37,776 nucleotides of DNA, taken from a virus (Duplodnaviria; Caudoviricetes). The notes under the pieces were generated by a model. That model saw only the letters and a list, made by a program, of their open reading frames with translations. It ran no database searches and had not been told where the DNA came from. The translations under genes were made by a program, and so were the position numbers. Numbering within the stretch: position 1 is the first letter of the stretch; every line of letters starts with the position of its first letter. This document shows, piece by piece, positions 6,548 to 14,900 of the stretch. The stretch spans positions 1-37,776 of the IMG/VR virus record IMGVR_UViG_3300025889_000351. One strand, given 5' to 3'.

Positions 6548-8016
6548 GCGCCGTTGTCGGAGCGGGATATCTCACGCCAGTTCGTCCCGCTATACATCAG
6601 CGTGATCGTGTCCTGCGCGTTGTCAAGCGTGCAGTCTCCGGCCAGTTGCAGGTTGTCGACCGCGTCCTTGAGCACGACAGTGCGCGCCGAGTCGGCTGCC
6701 CGCAGCACCAGCATCATGCCGTCCGTGCCGCCGCTGATGGTGTCGAGATCATCGCTTGCCGCATCGCCCTCGGTGTCCACCGTGTGGTGGCTGGCCGTAA
6801 CCGTGATCGCCCCCGTGGCTATCGTCAGTTCGCTGCCGGTCGTCAGCACCACCTTACCGGCCACCGTCAGGTCCGCCCCGACCGAGAGGTCACCGTCTGA
6901 GCCGGTGATCGGGTCGGCCACCACGGTGTGCCCGCCGGAGATGTGCGCCACGCCAGAGTAAGCGTTGGGCGCGTGCGACCAGAGCGCGGTGGCGTTGTTC
7001 ACCTGTCCGCCCATCACGTAATACTGGATATACCCGTTGCCGGTGGCGACCTTCTCGAAGGCATACTCGTATTTGTTGGTGCCGTTGCCTGAGAAGTTGC
7101 AGGCGTGGAAATGCGCGGTGATCCAGTAGTTCGAGGCATACCCGGTCGAGGCGTCCAGGAACACGCCGCTGACCGTGGCCACGTCGCAGTCCGGGTTGTC
7201 GAAGCTGCAGCCGACGAAGATGTTCTCCAGCGCCGAGCTGGTGTCGCAGCGTATCTTCACCTGATACTGGTTCGCGGTGTGGATCTGGTCGAAATGGCAG
7301 TTGACGAAATAGTTGTCGCCGGTGCTGTTGATATCCAGCAGGCAGACGTGACTGGCATCGCCGGCGTCGAGCGGTGACGGCGCCAGGTGGATGCGATCGA
7401 ACTGGTGCCCGCCGGCTTCGACCAGCATGTCGCGATAGCCACCGTTGACAATCACGTTGGTGAAGTTGCTGTCCGACCCCGAGGCGATGTGCCAGCCCAC
7501 CCCGCGTGAGTCCATCGTGATCTGCACGTTCTCGATCGTCTGGTGCGCCACGCCGGTGACGTTGTTCACCACGCCGTACGACCCACCTCGGACGACATCG
7601 GCATTGCGCAGGGTGTCCTTGACCCCCTGCATCTTGAGCACCGTGGTGGCGACGTTGTTGCCGTCGAGGATCAGATCCTCGATCACCGCGCAGCCGAGAT
7701 CGCTTGCGTTTTCGTCTGTGGTGACCAGGGTCGCCATCGACGTGCCGGCACGGATCACCGTCCCAGTGAAGGAGGTGAACGCGCTGTACTTCCGGCCTCG
7801 AGCCTCTCCGCGAAGCGTCACTCCGCCCGGCACCGTCAGCCCGGTGTTCACCACGTAGACACCGTAAGGAAACAGCACCAAGCCGCCGTCCGTGAGCGAG
7901 TCGATCGCCGCCTGGATCGCCGCGGCGTCGTTGGTGCTACCGTCACCCGTCGCGCCGAACGCCTTGACGTCGGTCACCTGGGACAGCTTGATCTGGTTCT
8001 CGCGCGCGTTGCTCAT
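6544..8016 (-). CDS. Tailspike / depolymerase 2 (pectate-lyase-like beta-helix), no virion-anchor domain
   Basis: DVKAFGATGDGSTNDAAAIQAAID...VLFPYGVY begins about 15 aa from the start; N/G/D-rich beta-helix repeats. Confidence 0.8.
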   Translation of the reverse strand: MSNARENQIKLSQVTDVKAFGATGDGSTNDAAAIQAAIDSLTDGGLVLFPYGVYVVNTGLTVPGGVTLRGEARGRKYSAFTSFTGTVIRAGTSMATLVTTDENASDLGCAVIEDLILDGNNVATTVLKMQGVKDTLRNADVVRGGSYGVVNNVTGVAHQTIENVQITMDSRGVGWHIASGSDSNFTNVIVNGGYRDMLVEAGGHQFDRIHLAPSPLDAGDASHVCLLDINSTGDNYFVNCHFDQIHTANQYQVKIRCDTSSALENIFVGCSFDNPDCDVATVSGVFLDASTGYASNYWITAHFHACNFSGNGTNKYEYAFEKVATGNGYIQYYVMGGQVNNATALWSHAPNAYSGVAHISGGHTVVADPITGSDGDLSVGADLTVAGKVVLTTGSELTIATGAITVTASHHTVDTEGDAASDDLDTISGGTDGMMLVLRAADSARTVVLKDAVDNLQLAGDCTLDNAQDTITLMYSGTNWREISRSDNGA

Positions 8017-8030
8017 TAATCAAAACTTTC

Positions 8031-8330
8031 TCAGAAAATTGCGATTGCAGAAGCCACAACCAGCACAGCGACCACAGGCAAAACCACATCCAGCAAGCTG
8101 TCCCGGCTCCAATACCGCGTTTGCAAGCAGAGAAGTTCAGTCGGCTGCGGCGCTTTGTATCGTTCGCCACCATTGGCCTCGATGAAACGATATTCGGCCT
8201 GTGTGTGTTCCCGCCCAACGAACAGCGCGGCACCGAATGCAGCACCCGCCCACCAGTTCCCGGTCGGCCAGCCTATGAGAACCATGAGCGCCAGGGCCAG
8301 GGCGGCATGGCTGAAGTTCGACAAGTTCAT
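8031..8330 (-). CDS. Membrane protein, hypothetical
   Basis: 99 aa with 2-3 hydrophobic segments; ATGA overlap with the upstream gene. Confidence 0.7.
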   Translation of the reverse strand: MNLSNFSHAALALALMVLIGWPTGNWWAGAAFGAALFVGREHTQAEYRFIEANGGERYKAPQPTELLCLQTRYWSRDSLLDVVLPVVAVLVVASAIAIF

Positions 8331-8611
8331 CGACGTTGCTCCAGTAATTTAACCCGCTCGTTGATCTTCTTGATCCACTCGACCAATCGCTCGACCCTGT
8401 CCTTCTGGTCCTGATCGCGCTCGTCCTGATGCTTGATGCGCTCCTCGAAGCGCGCCACCAGCGTCAGCACCTCATCCAGCTTCGCTTCGCGCGATATCTT
8501 CTCGCCCAGCCGCTTTTCCAGCGCGTCCACTTTGGAGTTCAGCGAGCCAGCCGCCATCGCCGTCGTTAAGGCGAAAGCGGCAAGGGGCCACCACTGCTTG
8601 ATCCAGTCCAT
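8327..8611 (-). CDS. N-terminal TM + coiled-coil protein (lysis accessory / i-spanin-like candidate)
   Basis: MDWIKQWWPLAAFALTTAMAAG followed by a charged coiled coil; ATG at 8611 overlaps the upstream TGA. Confidence 0.65.
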   Translation of the reverse strand: MDWIKQWWPLAAFALTTAMAAGSLNSKVDALEKRLGEKISREAKLDEVLTLVARFEERIKHQDERDQDQKDRVERLVEWIKKINERVKLLEQRR

Positions 8612-8811
8612 CAAATGGCTGTTCCTTGCAAACAAGTAATAGCCAGTGCATGAGCAGCGGTTGCAAATTCAGAACCATACAGATGCCCAATCGCGTTAGC
8701 GAATTGCTCCGGGTTTATCTTGTTTGTCAACATCTGCAAAAACGCCAGCGCGCCGTCTGCCGTCTTGAACGTCGCGCTCATTTTGCAGGCTGGCAACCAG
8801 ACCGTAATCAT
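8611..8811 (-). CDS. 66-aa hypothetical protein
   Basis: ATGA overlap with the endolysin stop and TGATG overlap with the downstream gene. Confidence 0.55.
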   Translation of the reverse strand: MITVWLPACKMSATFKTADGALAFLQMLTNKINPEQFANAIGHLYGSEFATAAHALAITCLQGTAI

Positions 8812-9269
8812 TGCACGAACTCCGCTTCTGCCGCACGACGACGAACCAGCCCACGCAGGACGCGACCGCCTGCGTAAACCCACTTCGCAAGCTCTCGCCG
8901 CGCTCCGTCCCAATCCTCTGCCTCGACCCGCTTGCGTAGCGTGCTGGCGCGGTAACGCGGGACGCCGAGGTTATACGCAAAGTCGGTCATAGCCCCGAGC
9001 GCACCGGCGTGGTTAATCAGCATCGGCGAGGCGCGCAGAACGCCGGGCATGTAGTTGTTTCGCAGTTCACCGATCAGCCATTCATCCGCCTGTTCCTGGC
9101 TGATCGGCGGGTCGGTTTCCTGCACGCGGGAGCCGTCAGGCTTGTAGACAGTCCCCCAGCCCTGTGTCCAGTAACCCGCTGGACACAGGTATGGCTCCGC
9201 CACGAAGCCCTCGAACTGCCGACAAAGGGCGGCGGCTATCTCTAGCGCGTCGGTTGTGTCCGTTCCCAT
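8808..9269 (-). CDS. Endolysin, GH24 (T4/P22-type) lysozyme
   Basis: FEG...PYLCPAGYWTQGWG (E-x8-D/C-x5-T triad), FAYNLG, GLVRRRAAEA. Confidence 0.93.
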   Translation of the reverse strand: MGTDTTDALEIAAALCRQFEGFVAEPYLCPAGYWTQGWGTVYKPDGSRVQETDPPISQEQADEWLIGELRNNYMPGVLRASPMLINHAGALGAMTDFAYNLGVPRYRASTLRKRVEAEDWDGARRELAKWVYAGGRVLRGLVRRRAAEAEFVQ

Positions 9270-9718
9270 ACCCGACCCACAAACCAAAACGAGATGATCA
9301 TAAACAAAATGGTCACGTCATCCTGCGTCCATAGTGACAGCAGGACATCCTTCCACTCGCCGCCCTGCTGAACTGCCACGAGATAGCCTGCCAGCTTGAC
9401 GATGAAGTAAGCGGTGACGAAGGCATATGTGATCAGCGGGCGAACCAGCGCCGAGATCGCCGCGACGAACTTACCGGCTGCGACAGCGGTCTTACTCTGC
9501 TCGCTAAACGCCTTGCCGATGCTGTCCAGTTCCGCCGTCAGCATCGTCGCCTGTGTCTCTCGCATGTGGATTTCACCCCTGACTTTGGCGAACTCCATTT
9601 CAGACGCTTGCATAGCTAGCTCATGTTTGCGCTCATTGGCGCGGTCGAACGCCTTGAGCAGTTCCGGCGCAATCCGCAGGACGCCGCCGAACAGACCGCC
9701 AAGAAGGGTTTCTATCAT
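9242..9718 (-). CDS. Probable holin (3TM/GTA-holin-like)
   Basis: Hydrophobic N-terminus, KHELAM, VRPLITY, IISFWFVGR; directly upstream of the endolysin. Confidence 0.7.
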   Translation of the reverse strand: MIETLLGGLFGGVLRIAPELLKAFDRANERKHELAMQASEMEFAKVRGEIHMRETQATMLTAELDSIGKAFSEQSKTAVAAGKFVAAISALVRPLITYAFVTAYFIVKLAGYLVAVQQGGEWKDVLLSLWTQDDVTILFMIISFWFVGRVWERTQPTR

Positions 9719-9725
9719 GTCTACC

Positions 9726-11915
9726 TCAATTCCCTGTCGCGAGATAGTAAAAGTCCGAGCTACCCCCAGAGTTGTGGTTTAACGTGAAACCTGTCGTTGA
9801 CACGGAGGAAGCCGTAACATTCACCGCAGTGTTTGTTCCATTGTGAATGGCGATTACACTTGTGCATTCGTTCGGGAACGCATTGTCGAAAGTTACAACG
9901 ACTCCGGTCGTGCCGGTCACTGATCCAGATTGGATTCTCGGTTGTCTGACAGATGTGGCTCCAGCGTTCGTAAATTCCGTCGTCACATACTCGAAGATAT
10001 TATCGTCGCCAACAACGCAATTGCTAACACCCGAGCGGATATATACGCCGTAATCGATCTCATAACCAGAAAACCCAAAAATGTGGTTTCCGGTGGCGCT
10101 ATAACAGCGCCCTTCGTTGAAATCTATTGCGACCCGGGTGTCTCCAGTTCTACCCGCTTCCATGGAGAAGATGTTACCGATCACTTTGGTAAACCTTCCG
10201 TTGGTTCCCTGCAACAACACCCCCGTCCAATTTGGCCAGGGGTCAGTATTGAGAGCCGCGCAGGCGTAGAAAACGCAGTTCGCAATTACCGACTGTTGAG
10301 AGTTGTAAAGCCAAACGCCAACATTGGAGCAGTTCATAGAGCATCCGACGACAGTTAGCTGCGGCTCTGCTCCGCTTGCAATGTTGTGGCGGATGCCATA
10401 GGTACAATAAACGACGTCGGTGTTGTTGATGTAGCAACCCTCCGACGTTCCGTATACTTCAATGCCCGTTGTAAATTCTAAAAACAGTGAATCGGAAATC
10501 ACGAACGCGGTGCTTTCTCCGTCAAGAAACACACCACGGGACGACGCGGGGGATTTGTTCATCTCCCCATAAGCGTGAAGATTTCTGATTTCGCCGTTGC
10601 GCGCGTTGGTGACGGCGATTGCAGTGTTCCAGTATCCGTAACCGCTCAGCGTATCGCTGACGCGATCCACATTCTGACCGATGAACAAATCAGCAGCATA
10701 CACTGATGCGTCAATGTTGTTGCTATGATCGAACTCAAACCACAGAGCGTTACCGCAATTATCGGCAGACGTAATCAAGCCGAGGTCGCACACCTCAAAG
10801 TGCGGCAACTGGTTATCGGTTACACTGGTCGAATGGAAATGGATTCCAAGATCGGTATCGGCCTGAAAGTCTAGCGTGCTTAAATAAGGCCCGTCACCGT
10901 GAACGGAAATGTGTTGTTGCGCGTTGCACGTTACAGTCAGTTTGCTTGTGATTTTGTAGATGCCGGTCGGGACGTACAAACGACCTCCGCCTGCGGCTAT
11001 CAAATAAGTAAACGCATCGTTGAAAGCAGTCGTGTCATCCGTTGATCCGTCGCCTACCGCTCCGAAATCTTTCACACTCAAAACTTCGCGCAGCTTGGAT
11101 TGCACGTCTCCTGCCGCAATGCCGGCGCCGGGAAGGTAGCTTATGTCCGCAGCGTCCGCCGTGTCACCTGGAGGCAGCGCGCTTCCGTAACGGGCCAGGA
11201 TTTCCGAGCCGTCGGACGGGGCAACGGTGAACACCAGCGAGCCGTTGGTCAGGGTGTGATCCACGCCCGGCACCAACGTGCTACCGTCGATCGAAACGTC
11301 CATGTTCCCGAGCGTCACCGGGTCGCTGGTTAGGGCGAACTCAGTGGTTGACCCGTCGCCGACGAAAGTGTCGTAACGATACGACGCGAACGACGCCGCG
11401 GTCGCCAGATCCGACAGCGGGACGTTCGTCAAGGTCGCGGCGTCCGAGTCCCAGCCGATCAGCGCGTTCGCCGACGGCGCCGGCAGTTCGACGTCGGCGC
11501 CGGTCGTGACACTGACACGCAAGGCCCGCCCCACCTCCTCCCGGATTTGTTGCATTTGCATCACCATGCGATCGAGCTCGTTCTCTATCGCCGTTGCCGA
11601 GAACCGACCCCCGCTTGGCAGGTCCAGCGGCTGGTCGTAATCCAGCACGCCGATGATCGCCAGCACCTCGCCAGTCGCCAGGGGATCACCGCTGATCGGG
11701 TAGGTCACCGTCCCGCCAGGGCTGCTATCCTGGTCGCCGTTCAGCGTCACGCTGTAGTCCGTGTCCAGCACGCGAACCGTCTCGACGCCCAGCGCCGTTG
11801 CCGTCGTCACCTGGATGTCGGACTCAGCGAAGACCTTGAAATTGAATGCGAACGACGTTGCGCTGTCGTTCCCCTCATAGGGTCCAGCCCGGCGCGCAGT
11901 GGATGGGATCGTCAT
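9726..11915 (-). CDS. Tailspike 1 with T7 gp17-like N-terminal anchor and beta-helix depolymerase domain
   Basis: N-terminus GNDSATSFAFNFKVFAESD...IENELDRMVMQMQQ; SVKDFGAVGDGSTDDTTAF...LYVPTGIY; beta-helix repeats; short C-terminal beta domain. Confidence 0.85.
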   Translation of the reverse strand: MTIPSTARRAGPYEGNDSATSFAFNFKVFAESDIQVTTATALGVETVRVLDTDYSVTLNGDQDSSPGGTVTYPISGDPLATGEVLAIIGVLDYDQPLDLPSGGRFSATAIENELDRMVMQMQQIREEVGRALRVSVTTGADVELPAPSANALIGWDSDAATLTNVPLSDLATAASFASYRYDTFVGDGSTTEFALTSDPVTLGNMDVSIDGSTLVPGVDHTLTNGSLVFTVAPSDGSEILARYGSALPPGDTADAADISYLPGAGIAAGDVQSKLREVLSVKDFGAVGDGSTDDTTAFNDAFTYLIAAGGGRLYVPTGIYKITSKLTVTCNAQQHISVHGDGPYLSTLDFQADTDLGIHFHSTSVTDNQLPHFEVCDLGLITSADNCGNALWFEFDHSNNIDASVYAADLFIGQNVDRVSDTLSGYGYWNTAIAVTNARNGEIRNLHAYGEMNKSPASSRGVFLDGESTAFVISDSLFLEFTTGIEVYGTSEGCYINNTDVVYCTYGIRHNIASGAEPQLTVVGCSMNCSNVGVWLYNSQQSVIANCVFYACAALNTDPWPNWTGVLLQGTNGRFTKVIGNIFSMEAGRTGDTRVAIDFNEGRCYSATGNHIFGFSGYEIDYGVYIRSGVSNCVVGDDNIFEYVTTEFTNAGATSVRQPRIQSGSVTGTTGVVVTFDNAFPNECTSVIAIHNGTNTAVNVTASSVSTTGFTLNHNSGGSSDFYYLATGN

Positions 11916-11942
11916 CTAGCAGACACTCCTAGGATGGAGGGG

Positions 11943-11975
11943 ATCATAAGGCGGGCGGGGTGAGACACGGATACG
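11943..11975 (-). promoter_or_regulatory. Phage-specific late promoter copy (tailspike/lysis unit)
   Basis: CGTATCCGTG-N17-TATGAT. Confidence 0.75.
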
Positions 11976-11976
11976 T

Positions 11977-14900
11977 TCACCGCTGCCGACTTTCCTTGCT
12001 CGAGCTGCCGGTCGCCAGGCCACGGGCCATGTCCACCGGGCTGGTCGGCTCGATCTTGCCTTGGGCCATGCCGGCGGCGTAGCCCAGCGGGCGAGCGGCT
12101 GCGTAGAACGGCAGGCCGGTGATCAGCGTGGCGGCAGCCGCCACGTCGCGGACGACGTTCTGCGCTTTGGCCTCGCCACGGATGGCTTGGTAGACGTCGT
12201 AGGGAACCCCGACCGCGGCTTCAGCCAAACTGACCGCTGGCGACAGAGACATACGATCGTCGGCGGGGTTGTTGTTGAACCGAGCGATCGACGCATTGAT
12301 CAACTGCCCGGCGAACGGAACCATACCTGTCATACCGCGGATCGTGCCGAAACCGAACACCGCCATCAGCCAGTCGTCCAGATACTCCCCGTCCTTGTCC
12401 TCGTCATCCGGCCCACCACGGAATGCTAAGGCGATCGCCTCCGCGACCCATATCTGGACAAACAGGCCCATGAATGCGACATAGAGCAGCTTGCCGGCGC
12501 CCTTGCGCAGACCGACTGCTTGGATGATTTGTAATGCAGCCGTGGCGTTGGTGTTCGCCAGCATATTGAACCAGCTCGTGAACTGCGTGAGAGATCGTGA
12601 CAAGGCACGACCGCCCTCCATCTGGCTTATGTCTTCTGGTAACGTCGAGCCCTGGGTCTGACGGATAACGCCGTCAGCAAACCGCACGGCGTCGGTCTGG
12701 TTCATGCCCTGCTCGATCGCCTGGTTGTAGGCCGCCGTCCAGATGATCGGGCTCATCGTATTGTCGACCGCGGACTGCATGAAATATGCGTGCTGGCGAG
12801 TCCACGCCTGGCTGCGCTCCAGCATGGACGGGTCGACCAGGATGTTCTCGACGGCGTCGTTCATCGCCGCCACCTCGTTCAACATGCGGTCCTTCATGAA
12901 GGGCGACATGGTGGCAACTGTCTCCTTCATCTGCCGAGGGCTGGTCGTGAACTCCGCCGTGGCCTGCAGCATCAAGGTAGGACGAACCTTGACGGCTGCA
13001 GACGCGAACCCGGTGATCTGCTGCGCCGTGTTGCTCAGATTGGCGAACATCAGCGCCATGCCGGCGCGAGATCTAGCTTCACTGAGGATCCGAGTCAGGT
13101 TCCGATTCCCACTCGTCGGCGTCTCAACCTGCTGCTTAGCAGCCCGGTTCAGCCATGGGATCAACATGCCTTCGTAGGCGCCCGGCGCCACACGGTCCAG
13201 GGCGTAGCTCACATCGCGCTGCGTCAGGATGCGGCGCACGTCGTTGACCGCGCCCTGCATGTGCGAGAACATCAGCACCTTGTCCATGTGCTGGGCCAGG
13301 GCACGGAGATCGAGCAGCAGCGGCTTGTTGTATTCCACGCGGGACTTGGTGAACCCGCTCGGTGCCGAGGGGAACGCATACGCCATCGCGTCGTTCTCGC
13401 CCTCGGCAAGCTCGCGCATGCGGGCGTCCTTGACGATGCGGGTGTCGGTCTGCGCCGGCACGTAGCCACCACGGTAGGTGCCGAACGGCGTCGCCACCGG
13501 GTCGGCGGTGATCTCGGCAAAATACCGACCGAACACCTTGCGGTGGGTCTTCTGCGCCAGGGGCTTCATCTCCTCGAGCAGATCCCACACGCCCTGGGCA
13601 AAGTCCCAATGCGCCTTGGTCAGCTTACCCTCGGCGTGCATCCGGTCGATGAACGCATCCCACCGGCTGGTGTCGACCGAGCCGTCCTCGAGCTCCGTCG
13701 CCCAACCCCGGCCCAGCAGCAGCTTGCGCTTGTTGCTCTCGTTGCCGGTGTGCAGGATGGCGTGCAGCAGTTCCGCCGTGCCGCTGTCGCGGGCGTTGCC
13801 GAATGTGTAGCCAAGCTCCGCTTGCGCGTTGATCTCGCCGCGCGGAACGAACGGCCCCACCGCCTTGACCAGATCCGTGAACCGCCGGCGGTATTCCGTC
13901 CTGGCCGACCGATACCTATCCGCGGCGTCCTTGATCGGCTGGAAGACATAGCGCAGGAACGGCCCGCCATACTTGCCGTCCATCCCCTCCGCCCATTGCT
14001 CCACGCGCCGGAGGATGGCCTTGGCGAACTGCAGCTTGATGCGCAGCTCCTCGCGCCGGGTGATCGCGCCGGCCTCGCCGGGGATGGTGTCGGGGATGCC
14101 GATCTCGTCCATCCGCTCCATCAGCGGCTGGGCCGCCTCGCGGATGTCGATCATCTTGCCGTCGATCTCCACCTCGCGCGATGTCTTCGCCAGATCCCAC
14201 ATGCTGCGCAGATCGTCGAACAGCCCGCGCGCTTCCTCCATCGTCATCTCGTTGAACGGCATGGCGTTGGCGACGGCGTTGTCAACGGTGGGCTTGAGCG
14301 CGGCGTAGACGGCGGGATCTTCGCGCTGCACCACATCCATGTAGGCGGTGGCCGTCTTCTCCAGGCGCGGGGATATCCCGTGCGCGGCCATGATCGCGCG
14401 CATGGCGTTGACCACGTCCGGGTTGCGGCCACCCTTGACCACGCGCTCGTCGTTGCCACGCGCCACCCGGCTGTAGAACTCGAGCTGCTTCTTGATCTCT
14501 GCCTGCGCCTCCACCAGCGCCTTGACGGCGTAGTGGTTCAGCACCTGGTCGCGCTTGGCCTGCACGGCGGCCTCGGTGTTGCCGGCGGCGGTCTCCTTCT
14601 GCCAGGTCTTTGCCGCCTTGGCCTCGGCGGCCCGGTGCAACTGCGCCGCCTTCTTCAGATCAGTGATCCGCCGGCGGGCAACCAGGTTCTCCGCGAACTG
14701 CTTGGCCGCCGCCATGATGGTGTTCACGGTGATGGCCCGACCGGAGGAGCTGACCCGCCCGGTGTCCGTGCGCCCGGCCATCATCTCCTGCTGCGCCTTG
14801 AGCTCGGTGGCCAAAGACTTGGCGCGGGCCTCGTTGTGGATGGCCTCGCTCGCCGCCTGCTCGATCGCCTCGGGGCTGGACAGATCGCCGTGCCGCTCCA

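Noticed and set aside
6540-6550. Terminator at the convergence of the two arms
   Set aside because: The stop codons overlap (6544-6547) and no hairpin with a U-tract is evident
6544-11915. Diversity-generating retroelement, expected from BPP-1-like relatedness
   Set aside because: No reverse transcriptase, no avd-like gene and no TR/VR pair differing at adenines seen; receptor proteins are beta-helix tailspikes
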